Source of the DNA: Macrostomum lignano
Lineage: Eukaryota
Length of the DNA: 64,000 bases
Direction: 5' to 3'
Assembly (NCBI GenBank): GCA_002269645.1
Contig: NIVC01003209.1
Coordinates: forward strand, 1-64,000
Shown: piece after piece, positions 1-13,438 of the stretch
Position numbering within the stretch: position 1 is the stretch's first letter
How the letters are laid out: each line of letters opens with the position of its first letter
Made by a program: the position numbers and the translations under genes
The notes under the pieces: model-generated
What the model was told of the DNA's origin: nothing
The model's database searches: none
Seen by the model: the letters and a program-made list of their open reading frames with translations, nothing else

Positions 1-2394
1 AGCTGGCTCGCCGCGCAGAGACTGAGTCCAGCATTTGAACTCGCCTGTTTGAGTAGGCCTGCGTCAGATGAAAGGTGAGGTTATCAAAATCTGATTGCAA
101 TACTTGAAACACCAAAATCGTTATTTCTGATTCCAAAGGCGCCAATTCCTAGACTTAATATATCCTGATACATAAAATCCCAAATCCCGATCTCTAAGAC
201 TCCCCGATCCCAATTCCCAATCCTTAAAAATCCCAGATCCTAATCAAAAAAAATTTTAGATCCCAATCAACAAAAACCCCAGATCCCAATCTCCAAAAAT
301 TTCAGATACCAATCCCGAAAAATCCAGATCCCAATCTTTAAGAATCCAGATTCCAATCCTAAATAATCCGTGATTCTAGTCCTTCGATCCCAGATCCCAA
401 TTCTAAGAAATCCATATCCCAATATTCCAAACCTTACAAAATCCCAGATCCCAATCCTCAAAAATCCCAGATCCCAATCCTCAAAAATCCCAGATCCCAA
501 TCCTCAAAAATCCCAGATCCCAATCCTGAAGAAATCACAGATCCCAATCCCGAAAAATCCTGATTTCAATCCTTAAAAAATCCCAAATCCCAATCCCAGA
601 TCCCAACACTCGGCTGCGAGCCCCACCTGCAGCAGCAGAGTCCTAGTCGAGTCGTTAATCTCAACTTCAAACAGAAATCGCCGATCCACCTCGCTGTTGG
701 GCGGCACTCCCACGGCAACCACCACGCCGCCAAGTCCCGAATCGCTGGGCGAAGATGAAGAATCAGTGCGGCCGGGATTCGCAGGCGAGAATGGCTGCAG
801 AGTTAGCAACCGTTTCTGCCGATTAAAAGTGCAAAAGCAACGCTGCCAATTGTTTGGCGCAACGCTGAGCTTCTTCTGTGACAGCAGCAACAGGTAGCCT
901 TCCAGCGTCTCCTGATGGTTGCCACGGCGACGCCAAGCGCCCATGTCCAGCAGCTTCTGTCGGTTCTCATCCAGCTCCTTCTCAGCAACTCCAATGCCTT
1001 CATTATAATTGGCAACCGACTCATTTGTGGCTTGCATGTTTTTCTCCCTCTCCACCAGGTTGTCGTTGCACTCCTGATAGAAACACTTCCACACGCTCTG
1101 CAGGGTGGCCAGCACTTCAAAGAATCGAACTTTATTCTTGGCCTGCTCGCACTGCAGAGTCTTCACGTAAGCATAAGTGCGATTGAAATAGCAGATCCTC
1201 TCCGCCTCGGCGTCCTTGTCTATTGCTGACCAATTCCTGGGCTCCGAGTTTTTACCAGTCTGCTGCTTCAGACTGAGCATTCGCTCTTGGCTGTGGTAGA
1301 ACTTCTTAGTTTCCTCGTAGTACACGCGGCGGGTTTCGCTGAGGAATTCGCGAATCTTCATCCTCTGCTGGGTCAGTACCTGCGGAGGGGTTGACGGGGG
1401 CCTTGGTTTTAATAATGATTATTAATTATTGTCAGGTGCCATCTTTAGCAGCGCCAGTTCTGACACCCGATATTGGCGCCAACTTTGACACCCGGTATTG
1501 GCGCCAACTCTGACACCCGATATTGGCGCCAACTCTGACACCCAATATTGGCGCCATTTCTAACACCCGGTATTGGCGCCAACTCTGACACCCGGTATTG
1601 GCGCCAACTCTGACACCTTATTGGCCCAACTATGATAATTAATATTGGCGCCAATTCTGATAATTAATATTGGCGCCAACTATGATACGAGTAATTAATA
1701 TTAGCGCCAACTCTGATAATTAATATTAGCGCCAACTCTGATAATTAATATTGGCCCAACTCTGATAATTAATATTGGCCCAACTATGATAATTAATATT
1801 AGCGCCAACTCTGATAATTAATATTGGCCCAACTATGATAATTAATATTGACGCCAACTCTAAAAATATTTTTGGCGCCAACTCTGACACTAAATATTAG
1901 CGCCAATTCTGACACTTATTATTAACGCTAATTCTATAAAACTAGTCTTATAGTTTAACAGATAAGCAATAAGCTACAACACACCCATATAACAATCAAA
2001 CAACAAAATCAATCACCTTAAGAAAGGACTCCTGAGAAATATCAAGCCAACGCATTCTTGCATCCTCAATGTAGCGCAGATCCTTAGCAAATTGTGAAGC
2101 AAACTTGGCCATATCTCGCTCAGCTTTGCTTAGATTGGCGGATTGCGCCTGAGCTGATGAGCTGTCAGTCTGGAACTGCTGCTGCTGCTGCTCAGGGCCA
2201 AGCTTCTGAATAGACAGGGAGAATGCCACTAAAGCTTCATTATAAGCTCTGCCAGTCTCCTGTACGCGTTTGAAACTGTCAATCACAGATTTCATTGTTT
2301 TGACTGATTCCTCAAGTTGGCGCTCCTGATCCAGCAGAGCGTAGCGAAAGTCTGGGCTATCGATAGCACAAGAGTTGTAGTCAATTGAGGGCAT
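1..2394 (-). CDS. GRAF/oligophrenin-like Rho-GAP, 5' part (BAR + PH domains), at least 3 exons, continuing off the left edge
   Basis: Exon 2394-2017 (MPSIDYNSCAIDSPDFRYALLDQE..., GT donor at 2016). Exon ~1367-627 (RRVYYEETKKFYHSQERMLSL; PH motif TLEGYLLL...WQRCFCTF...LLTLQPF; GT donor at 626). Exon from ~59 leftwards (EFKCWTQSLRGEP, needs removal of one A to stay in frame). These match the BAR start and PH motifs of the GRAF/OPHN1 family as I recall them. Confidence 0.75.
215..605 (+). repeat. Tandem minisatellite, ~21-22 bp unit (aaaaatcccagatcccaatcct), intronic
   Basis: Directly visible repeats; they explain the spurious ORFs 267-500 and 370-576. Confidence 0.9.
1445..1925 (+). repeat. 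Tandem minisatellite, ~24-25 bp unit (attggcgccaactctgacacccgat, grading into ...gataattaat), filling an intron
   Basis: Directly visible repeats with two unit variants. Confidence 0.9.
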
Positions 2395-3089
2395 TGTGAC
2401 CGTTGGTTTTTTTTAAACTGAAATTTGAGCAAAGTTGCGTTACACATCAATCTACAATTGCTAGTAATATTTTAACATTTCAATTTAGCCATGGTTATTT
2501 TAGCCTAGTAGATATTCTATAACTAAAATCCCCTAGGCATAAATAATTGCAATATAAATGATAGCTAAAACTATGAATAAGTCATTTACATTGTTATGAT
2601 TTATGAAGTATAATCTGTACTTTAGCCTAGGCTTGGTAACATTAATTTACTCATTTAATAGAATTGCTTATTGTATTAATAATATATAAAAAGTATATAC
2701 AAAGCTTTGTTTCTTATATTTTAGACTATTAATATAACATTAAATGCATTGTTAACATTAAAAGCAAAAGATAAAATTTACAAAGGATTATTGTACTAAG
2801 GATATTGTAAAGTTTTCTAGAATAATATTTACTTTATACATAATTTTGGTTAAATTGGTTTAAACTAAAATTATATTTGGTTTAACCATTAACAACTTTT
2901 GAGTTAAAAATTTTAGACAGCCTTAAGAATATGCAAGTGGCAAAATAATTAGAAAGATGTCAGAGGTCTTTGCAAAAACAAGCTATATGTAATTTACTCA
3001 AAAATTTTATTCCATTTTTGTTGGCTCCCCTATAGGGGGTGCCAATTGCTAGTAATATACCATATATTGGCTATAAAAGTTGCAGTTTG

Positions 3090-3270
3090 CACTTCAACCC
3101 TGGATGAACCAAGATCTGGGAGACCCTAAGTGTAGACTGAGAGCACATCAAGCTCATCTGTGGTCTGCTGGGAATGGATCCATAATGGATGTCTAAAGAA
3201 ATAGCAGACCCTAGGAATATTATTTCATCCAGCATCTACCAAATACTCACAGAGGACCTGGGGTTGCCAG
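3090..3270 (+). pseudogene. Mariner transposase N-terminal HTH relic
   Basis: Reads DEPRSGRP...SKEIADPRNIISSSIYQILTEDLG with stops; these are typical mariner HTH motifs. Confidence 0.6.
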
Positions 3271-4808
3271 AATCAATGCCTAAACAAGCTCTTCAATGAG
3301 ATTGTCCAACTTCTAAAACACCTGAGTGATTTGGGTGCTGCAGATGGCATTTATAAGTTTCCTAAATGCTAGGAATGAGCCATTGCATTCATTCAATCCT
3401 ATTTGACTAACTGTGAAAAATAAACTATATTAAAATTAGATTTAAAAATTAGAACTAGACAACAAAAATTTTGATTTCCAATTTATTTAAATCTAAATTT
3501 GCACTTACGTGGTTTGCTTCTATAGTTAGGAAGATGGCTGCCCTTTTTCAGAGAAAATTCCAATACAAAAGGGGGTTTGATATATGCCATGCCGGTGCAT
3601 TGTAGAGAGAAAATTGCAGTGCAGTACAGCGCAAGATAATATTTTCTTTGACTAAAAATAAGCATGTAATTTCTTTTTATTTGCATTTTTTGTTTATAAG
3701 TATATTGATGGCTTTTTAATTAATATACATTAACATTGCTTTTTATATGAAACAGATTCAAATACAAAGTTTTACAAGCATTTTTCAAATGGAAAATATT
3801 GATTTTTGCATTTTATAAGTTGTAGTACACATCACAGGAAAACTTTTTTGATAGGATTTGTTCTGGTGCAGGTGTGCCATTAGACTCTAGAAGGTTACAT
3901 GTATGCTGGAATTTTCTGGCATACCATTGGAGAGTTTGGCTATTTTAGCATACCACTTTGAGCTTGAGAAAGTTTTGGCAAACTGCAATAATGTTTATTT
4001 AGTTTAAATGTTTTTTAAACTAAATGTGCATTTCAATGACAATAAGAGTTTTTTAAAAATGTATTTTTATATACAATATTAATAATATTTTTCTAAACAA
4101 AAACTTTAAAAAATATTTTATCTATTTAAAATTACTAAAATTGCTCTAGTAATTACATTTTTTGCTTTTGTAAGACATTATAGGAAAGATTAGATGTTTA
4201 AAAATCTTTTTAGAAAATTTAAAATGTATTACTTTAATAGCATTTTTTATCTTTTAATTGTTGCTTGATTGTTGTAATTAAAAAAAAGTTATTTTTTGTT
4301 ACAACTGCAAGAAAGTGGTATATTATAACAAAAGAGGCATTTTTCCAGCATACCATGCCACATTATCTAAACACATGAAAAATATGATAATAGTCAAATA
4401 GGTTGAGGTTTAAAATTCACTAACTACTGAATTTTTATTCTACTTAACTGCTTAACAAAACTTGACTTGAATACTCAGCTTAAGTACTTGACTTGACTTG
4501 ACTTTGACTTGACTTGACCAAAACCTGAGTTTGTCTAGGTACTATGCTCTAGTTGTACTAACTTATACTAAACTACAAGTTAGGCTAATATAGTAATATA
4601 TAGTAATATCACTTGACTAGGCCTACTAATAGTAATTAATACATATGTCTATATATACATATTATAATAATGAATGCATCCTTAGCTATTGTATACCTAA
4701 ATAAGCCTGGATACCAATGGTAGACCTTGATCCTGATTGGATCCCAACCAATTGTGAGTCCTAACTTTTATGAATTCATTCTTACTCAATCCTACCTGAC
4801 TAGATTTT

Positions 4809-6004
4809 CAATGTTGGTCATTTCCATTACCGAATAACTTGCAAATGGTAACACAAGTTTACTTTTCCATAAAGCATTCCTTACGCAAGTTACTTTCCTA
4901 TTTTGGTAACGGAGTAACAGTAAGTTAACTTGAATTTTGGGAAGTATGTTACAGTTACTTTGCAACAATTATAATATTTAAATTTAAAACTGATATGCTT
5001 AGCTATTATGCTAGTTGTCACATTTTTTTGCATTTGTCATTCCTAAATTCAAAACTAAGTGAATAGTATTGTATGGTATTATGCTATAATTAATGAAATG
5101 TGTTTTTATTTTGTTAATTTTGATAAAATATTTTCACTTATCATTTTCAAGTCAATAAAAATATTTTGTTTAGTTGTTAGAAACAAACTACCAAAGAAAA
5201 AAATGTATCTGTACTCTCCAAAGTTTTTGGTACCTGCCATGCTCAACCCTATCCCCCCCCAAGCAATTAGGGGGTGCAGCTGGCTATGCGATTAAGTCCA
5301 CTGGCATTGCACTGCACAATCTTTTATATTAATGATAATAATTGAAAAAAAAATAAATAAAATAAGACTAGTAAAGCAGACTGCAGAGTGCAGTAAAGCC
5401 AGGTAGCTATTACGAGCTACATGTTATAACATATAATGTTATTATTGTTATTAAAAATTAAAATTGTGTTTTGCTTTTAAAGTTTCTGATACTTCTCTTC
5501 TTTTTATGGAAATAGCCTAAAGTCATAGGCAGTGGGAGCTTGCGGCACTAGGGGCACATGCCCCCTAGAAAATTAGTCCACATGGTAATTTTTAGTGCTT
5601 TTTCTAATTTTAGGTCCTAATTAGCAGCTTGTAAAGGTACCCGTGCCCCCCCCCCTTGCCCTGTGCCCAGTGCCCCCTTTAAATAGGCCTATTAGGCTCT
5701 ACCACCCCTGCCTAAAGTGGTTAAAATTTAATACAGTTACTAAAATTAATGTTGTTGTATTCTTCCTTCTGGCTTTTTGACCATTTGTGTTATTCTTGAC
5801 CTGTGCATTTACAATGTTAAGGAAGTAGAAAATTTTGTAAATAACAGGTAATGGAAATGAGTAACGGAAGTAACTTAAAGGTTACTGGGTTTTTGTACAA
5901 GTACAAAGTTACTAGGCTAACATAAATTACTTTTTAAAAAGTGGTAACTTAAATTACAGTAATGCAAGTTACTTTTCTAAGTAGGCCTAACTTGCCCAAC
6001 ACTG
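4809..6004. mobile_element. Non-autonomous hAT-type DNA transposon
   Basis: Imperfect TIRs caatgttggtca / cagtgttgggca, subterminal gtaac/gttac repeats, exact 8-bp TSD TAGATTTT (4801-4808 and 6005-6012). Confidence 0.75.
5524..5710. mobile_element. hAT-type MITE nested in the 4809-6004 element
   Basis: 8-bp TSD CCTAAAGT (5516-5523, 5711-5718); CA...TG ends; GC-rich island in AT-rich DNA. Confidence 0.6.
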
Positions 6005-7344
6005 TAGATTTTTCCTATCCTAGTTAGGCTCTACCTTTTATACCATTTCTCTATATTCTATAAGTTATAAAAATATATTTTTAACTAAAATGATATTTCA
6101 ATCAAGTAAGTTTTAGGTATAATATTTTACCTTAAAATAAAAAATGCTTATTTCAATGCTTATTTCAATGCTTTTGGAATTTATAGGGCATTTATAACAA
6201 TCATCATCTAACTCAACAGGTAATTTTATACAGTTTTTTAAATTTTCATTACAGAAATAACACCTAGTTTTTGACAATTTTCATGAGAATGAGAAATTAA
6301 AACTTAGGACCAAACTGTGTATTTTACATATTCTGAGTCTAACTCTAAGTTCAACCAAGTTCAAAAAGTTTGACATAATAATACATTAATACCCATGCAT
6401 TAATGGGAAAATCAGAGGGCCCCATTAGATGCCCAAGGATTTCTCATTAACACCCACAAAGCATGGGTATTACTATTATTGTGCCATAGATATTTGTGTC
6501 CTTGACAAAGTGGGACAAAATTAGTGGGCAATTAATGACATTAACTGCCAACTAATCTGCATTAAAGTAAGTTTGAAATAGACAATAGGGCGTTAAATGT
6601 CATTAACTGCCCACTAATTTGCATTAAAGTAAGTTTGACTCCTGAAAGCGGGCTTAAATGTAGTCTATGGCATTAAAAGGCAAGAATAAGTGCCCATGAA
6701 GTATTGTCATGGTACAATACTTAATAAAAGGTAGTAGATAGGCTAGACTAGACAAGCACAACATTCACTAAATGATAAAAAATATGTAAACCTAATCATA
6801 ATAAAGTAGGATAAAATGGTAATGTAGTACACAAGTTTATTACTTTGTCTTAAGGCCCAACACCCCTAGCCCTCTTAAGTCTTAATTACCAACCAATTCA
6901 ATTGGTTTGTATTAAATTGAAAATGGAAGTCTTAGTAGGCCTAACACTTAGAAAATAGCAATTAATAATTATTGTTAGAATGTATTTACAGTACATAACA
7001 TAAAATTCAATTAACATGGAGCCTACCCGCCACTGCTTATAAAACAATGCACAGCACGACAGAAGGACAGGACCTTGTCCTTATCTATATTTCTTTATCT
7101 ATATCTATGTTCTTTATATTTCTAAGAAACAGTTGCGATTGAAATGTGCGTCTTGCAGTCTGAATAACAAAACTATATTATATTTTCCAGAAATATTTAT
7201 AGCATGCAACAAATTACTTCTCGAACTTAAAAAACGCATACTAATGGCACTGATAAAAAACGAGTAAATGCCAAATTGTATTTCGAACACATGCACGGGG
7301 GCCCACGACATTTTGTGCTTTTTATATATGTACGTCGTCATGCC

Positions 7345-8010
7345 TTACGGGAGCACGAGAAATGCCCGTAGACAAATTGCCCGCCGAGATTTGCACGCAG
7401 TGCATTTTGCCCGTGAGTGAATTGCCCTTCGTCGAAATTTTCCCGCCGAGAATTTCCCGCCGAGATTTGCCCGCATTGCAATTTGCCCGCAAGTGAATTG
7501 CCTGCGATCAAATTGTCCCGCTGAGTTTTTTTCCTGCCGAAATTTGCCGCAATACTTTTTTTCTGCAGTGAGTGCATTTAGCCACGCGGCAGATTTTGTC
7601 TGCATATTGCCTCACCAGCAATGCTTAGTAAAGCTAATACAGATTGTACAGGATCAAACGTTTTGATAGTAACTGCATGCATATCAAATGCTTATTTGGG
7701 GGGGGGGGCGGGGGGCAATGCAGCTAGAAGCTAGCCTGTAAAATGCGCTGCAGGAAAAAGCATTATTGCGGGCAAACCTCAGCGGGAAAAAAGCTCGGCG
7801 AGCAATTTCGCTCGCGAGCAAATTGCACTGCGCGGGCAGGCAAATCTCGATCGGCGGGCAATTCTCGGCGGCCAAATTAAATCTTCCACGGGCAATTCGC
7901 TCACGGGCAAAATGCACTGCGGGCAAATCTCGGCGGGAAAGCTCGGTTGGTAAATCTCGTCGGGCAAATCTCCTACGAGCAAATCGATCGGCGGGCATCG
8001 TCTGCTGGCA
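7345..8010. repeat. Foldback array of GC-rich aaattgcccgc-type units (7370-7560 inverted against 7770-8000)
   Basis: For example ttgcccgccgagatttgcacgcagtgcattttgcccgtgagtgaattgccc is mirrored at ~7880-7935. A further inverted copy lies at ~13497-13550. Confidence 0.7.
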
Positions 8011-8115
8011 TAAGGACCCCATGCTACACGTCGGTATCTTCTAATAATAATTTGATTGACCATTCAGATGCCAACAAATAAGAACGACAAACTCCGGCGA
8101 GCACGAGAATTTTCC

Positions 8116-9978
8116 GGGGGCCCATCACAAGCTCGAATAAAATCACATCGTCGAAAAGTTTAGCAACCACCATATCACAAGCTCGAAAAGTCATAAACTC
8201 AAAAAATCACATCGTCGAAAAGGAAGCAGTTAGGGTTGGGGTTAGGGGTAGGTTTATTAAATTGAATGCAAAACTGAGCTGAACTGAATTAAGGACATTT
8301 AAATTTGTCAACAATAAACCGCTGATGAAGGTATTTTTGGAATATTTAAATAATATTGGTTAGTACCTTAGGGTTTTGGTTCAAGAGGTTAGGCTAGGGT
8401 ACCGGTGCCTTAGGGTTAGGGTTAGTGCCTTGGGGTTACACTAATCGAAAATTATTGCGAAGATTGCAATCTGATTGTAATTCTTCTTGTGAAAAATTGC
8501 AATAAAAGTGCAATAATTATAATTGAAAATTGCAATCATCATTGCAATTATTATAATTATAACGCAATTTTATTGCAATCATTACAATTGAAAATCAAGG
8601 AGTTTTCTCATCCTTGCTATAAATGTACGCGCATGGTTTGCCTTCAGCTGTTCTTCAGGCGGCTTTTAGCCCTTCCATACCCAGGACCAGGTGTATGTTA
8701 GTTGCGCAGCTGCTCGCCTGTCAGCAGTGCAGTCATGGCAGTGGTAGGGCATTCTCCATGACTTTGCCTGCTTGGTATTGAAACTTAATGCTATGCTCGT
8801 ATTCAGGAAAAGAAGTAACACAAACAAAGTTTAAAAAGGTGTAATAATGAAACATATTTCGTAGAGAGATTGCTTAAGCAATATTCTATGTACTACAAAT
8901 TTATTATGGTAAAAACGATAAAAATGTTGGACATGTGACTTTTACCAATTGAATTGTCAGCCGAGCTATTAACCTGTAGTTCATTCTAAACTGCTTCATG
9001 CACATGACATACCAGATGCAAAACAGTCAACTGCTTGCTGTTCCTCTTCAACCCTGCTCATTTGCAATACAGGCAGCTAGGTGGTGTAGATTCATGATTG
9101 ATGAAGCAGATACTGCAACTTTGCCTGATGGTAATAGCTCATTCTTTTCATCATCAAAATCGATAATCACTTGGCAAGTCTTATTCATGAGTACACTGCA
9201 TGTCTGATCTCTTGTATGCCATGAATAAAAGGTGAAAAGGGTTTTGTCATGTAGTATATAAACTTTTGGGACTTTACCAAATACATATATGCTAGAAACT
9301 AGATAATAGCTAGAAGGAAGTAGCCAAGCACAGATATCGCTAATACTACCATAGCAATTTTCCTTATTTAAGCTAAGGTCTTTAGGTTTTTTTAAAGAAC
9401 AAGATAGTAATTATTAGTTATTAAAATGATTACATAGATTGCACAAAAGTATAAATAAACAACTATTCCTTCAATTATAAAAGGAGAACAATAATTTAGT
9501 ATAATATAAATAATATAATACCATATAGATCTAACCTTTGCTTTAGTTGGCCAAAAATACTTATAAATGTTTTTCAAATATTTAATCACTTTACTAGCAT
9601 TAGGCAGTTTCTTAGCCATGATATGTACCATCATAGGAAAATTTCCAACTGAACAGTGCAAGTCTCCTAAAAATTAGTTGATTCATCTTTAAATCTATTA
9701 CAAGCAAGTGGACAACTTATTTTTATTATATAGGATTTAGTTAGTCAACATATGCTTAATTCATTTTATTGGGCCATGGGTAAAAGCTTAAATGCTTATT
9801 GAAAAGCCAAAGGATATAAGTATTAGTTGGTAAAGCTAGTATTAATACTATATAGCTATTGTTATACAGATATATAATTAATACAATGCTTATAGCCTTC
9901 CAAAAATAAATAATTAAATGGTATTTACTCTAATGATTATAGAATACATGTATTTGCAAACTACCATAATGTGTATAT

Positions 9979-10017
<39 letters not shown>

Positions 10018-11391
10018 TATAAATATATACATGTAAATAAACTTTGAATGCTCAAAGTTAAATAAAATGCACTAGTAGTAATAGTATCATTATACAATAC
10101 TACCAACTAGGCCCTATCCAAAGAAAAAACTTCCTCTTGATCTTTTGATAAGAATATATATCAAAATTAGCCTTCAGAAAATTAGAAATTAGAAAATTAG
10201 AAATTAGAAAATTAGAAATTAGAATTAGAAATTAAAAAATCTTAAAGTATTTTCTCCTTTAGTTACCTTTATCATGGTCTCAAATTATGACATGCTTATC
10301 TGAAAGCTAAAAATAATATACATATAAATGGAGTATTATACATATTATACATATTAATGTATGTATTATATAAAGAGATGGTGTAATTTTCTTCAGAACA
10401 TGGTTTTGCTCTTCTAGTTTAGTAAGTGCTTCTATTATCAAGCAGAATTAATAAGTATGAATGCTTCGACTCTATTATTATTACTAAGCAGGTAAATTTT
10501 TACTAACGTGGCTAAGCTTTATGTTCTTACAGTCCCCATACAATACTTAACAGGAACAGAAAGCTTATAGGCCTATGGAACCACAGTCCCTATACAATAC
10601 TTAACAGGAACAGAAAGCTTATAGGCCTAGAACAATGAAAAATCTTGATCTTTAATTGTTAAATTTTTAAACACTAAAATACGAGAAGAAAGAGGCAGAG
10701 CGAGAAATATTTGTAAGTGGCAAGTGCCTGAGTCTGAGTTCCATGTCCAAACACAAAAATAAAAAGTGCAACTTAAATAATAGCCTAGAGGATGCGCGTA
10801 GATGAATCAAAATATTGTCTGCAATTTTAGTATAAGAAACAAACAAATATCACCGAAGTCCAGCTCATTTTGCAGCTTATATCGTTTAAAAATCTATACA
10901 ACAGTAAACTACATTTTTGATTTTTCTCAACGTACCCTTTTTCATGCTACAAACCATACATATTTCAAATATTTGATTAACAATTTAAACGTCATAAAAT
11001 TATAATAATTCTAATAATAATATTTAATACACATTGTAATTATTGCAATGTGCATTGTTCCTGGATAATTGGTAAAGGAAGTTCCTTTGAAAGGCCTAAA
11101 TTGCCATGGTTTTGCTGGGAAGAACAGGAAGAGTTATTTGGAAGAGTTCTGGTCAGTTGAATGTGCGCCATTGTATTATCGCAGACAAGCATTGCAATAA
11201 TTATAAGAAAAATTATAATTCATATTGTAATTTTTGTACTGAAATTGCGCTACATAAGAAATATTACAATAATTATAATTTTTTCGCAATTTTTTCGACT
11301 AGTGTAGGGTTAGAGCTTGTGACTTTTCGAGCTTGTGATGGAGCCAATTGTTTTCGACGATGTGATTTTTCGAGCTTATGATGGCAACCCC
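8116..11391. mobile_element. Putative DNA transposon with long imperfect TIRs (8116-8590 / 11160-11391)
   Basis: The ggggcccatcacaagctcgaa...cacatcgtcgaaaa block and the aattgcaat-rich block are both repeated in inverted orientation. No TSD found; the interior is degenerate. Confidence 0.55.
9980..10030. repeat. (TA)n microsatellite
   Basis: Direct reading. Confidence 0.9.
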
Positions 11392-11914
11392 AAATGTATG
11401 TATCTCTGCCATCATGCATACATGCATATGCTTTGCCCGCAGTGCACTTTTTACATGTATAAATTCCTTCACGAAATTTAGCTCTTACATTATTAATAAA
11501 ATATTTCCCAATTGGTGAAAATATCTGATCTCTCATTTCGAAACCGCATGTCAACTTTTTTCTACACTCAGCAACAGTCAAAAGTTCCACCATCCAAATT
11601 GCGAAAACTTTTCACTCACAATTCAACCCTCAAGTTACGCAACTAAGCCGCCGCGAGGAAGGGAAAGTTGTTGTGTTTTGTGCGTTGATTCAGCGCTGAA
11701 CCGAAGGCTGTTATAACAAGAGCATAGCTTAAGTTGAATGTATATTTTGTTTGTATCAGATTAAACATGCCTTTTGAGGGAGTTATATATTTACCGACCT
11801 CAAACCCATATAATATCTTATACATATAAATCACGAGGGCCTGAGGCCCGAGGTATTTATGAAAATAACTCCCGAAAAAGGCATGTGTAATCTCGTATAG
11901 ACAATAGACATAAA

Positions 11915-12107
11915 GGGCCGTATGCAGAAAGCCTAGTCCAGACTAGCTAGTCCGGACTTGGGTAGTTCAGTCTATAGTCTATGGTCCAGCTAGCATAGTT
12001 CTGCTATAGTAGACTGGTCTAACTTTGTGTTTCTGCATACCAAATCCAAGTCCAGACTAGCTTTTCAAGACCGGACTACCCTAGACAGAGCTTTCTGCAT
12101 ACGGCCC
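11915..12107. mobile_element. PIF/Harbinger-like MITE
   Basis: TIR GGGCCGTATGCAGAAAGC at both ends and 3-bp TSD AAA; same family as 28087-29345. Confidence 0.75.
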
Positions 12108-12371
12108 AAAGACTTTACGGGATATTATTGAATATTACCAAATAAAATCCCGGAGAACGCAAATATTGTCACGGAAAGTCTTTATTTCTATGGATTATAA
12201 CGATATAAGTAACGGCAAGCCTTTATAGAGTCAGAGTCAGTCGGTAGCTGTTTGGGACACAGACAAATAAGTTAAAGCTGGGGCAACGACTGAAAATAAA
12301 AGTACATTGGATTCGGATCGGTATACAACAAAAGTTGATTGAATATCGATCAATTCTCGTAGTAAACGTCA

Positions 12372-12760
12372 GTCGCACAAAATCATAAAATTTTTATGCA
12401 ATATTCAGTTAGAATCGCGATGCGTGTGGGATCCCCTCGCACGCAGAAGTGCGACGACTCTGCGGGGAATCCCAAGGATGAGGCAGCGCAGAAAGTTCTG
12501 AGGGAGCTGCTGCCAAAGCGTTTTCAATGGCATGACGCAGAGCTCTCCGCAACATTCTATGGTGGATTCTCTTTTCGAATGCTACGTTTTAGGAAGTCCC
12601 AGGCTTGCTCGATGGGATCCATGTCTGGGGGCCGGGAAGGCCAGCGCAGAGTGCGCAGCTGTAGCTGTTCTTTCAGTTGACTGACAGCATCGGCTCGGTG
12701 TGGCGGGGCGTTGTTCCTGTGCTTGGGTCTGCTTAATGTCCAGGCCTGGACCATAAGCAG
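12372..12760 (-). pseudogene. Tc1-like transposase 3' fragment
   Basis: NNAPPHRA...WPSRPPDMDPIEQAWDFLK, the Tc1 DD34E C-terminal motif; ends in a CAGTCGCAC-type terminus. Confidence 0.75.
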
Positions 12761-13027
12761 ACCCAAGCCACCCCAAGCGGCAATAAGCTTTGCGCGTGCC
12801 GTAGGTTGCGTCACTCGCAATAAGTGAAAAAATCATCTCGCTTAGTGGGGTGGAACTTTTGACTGTTACTGAGTTTAATTCAGGAGTGGGTCAGGGCTTT
12901 TATTACATGTACCATGTCCCGAAGTTGGAACAGCGGGATGGCGCGGACGCCCATTCCGATAGTCCATGAACGGCTGATGCATACATCGCTATATATGGTG
13001 TAGATATCTAGTGTACATATAGTGTAT

Positions 13028-13438
13028 ATACTCAGCAACAGCTAAACCCCCCCCAACTCACGCTGTCACACGGCCCAAAAGTTTTGTATGCCATCGGTGA
13101 CTCGGAAGCAGCTCGGCATTCGCACATTGAACTGGCCGTCAAAGTCTCCAGACATGAACCCCATCGAGCATGTCTGGGACTTTGTAAAGCGAAGAGTTCA
13201 GCAGGATGCCCCACAGAATGCTGAACAGTTGCGACTGGCGGTGCTGAATGCCTGGCAGCAGCTGCCCAAGAGTTCATCAACTGGCTGGTGATCAGGATGC
13301 CACGACGAGTCACGGCACTTTTGCATGCTCGTGGTTCCTACACACGATACTGAGACTAGAATTAAAGACATTGCTTAACTTTTGTGCCCGTGTGACAGAG
13401 TGAGTTGGGGGGGGGGGTTAGCTGTTGCTGAGTATATA
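13028..13438 (+). mobile_element. Internally deleted Tc1-like element with ~55-bp TIRs
   Basis: TIR tactcagcaacagctaa(c)n aactcac..tgtcacacgg.c.caaaagtt at both ends, flanked by TA; interior WPSKSPDMNPIEHVWD...MPRRVTALLHARGSYTRY*. Confidence 0.8.

Noticed and set aside
1445-1925. Regular repeat array that could be mistaken for a CRISPR array (also 215-605 and 39143-39497)
   Set aside because: Units are adjacent with no unique spacers, there are no cas genes, and the context is eukaryotic introns or exons.
8228-8440. TTAGGG-like hexamers as telomeric sequence
   Set aside because: Only a few scattered copies inside a TIR; such motifs are common in MITE subtermini.
8600-9800. Degenerate coding-like interior of the 8116-11391 element as a transposase
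   Set aside because: Short open stretches without a motif I can assign.
10529-10629. 47-bp direct duplication
   Set aside because: A local slippage duplication with no sign of function.
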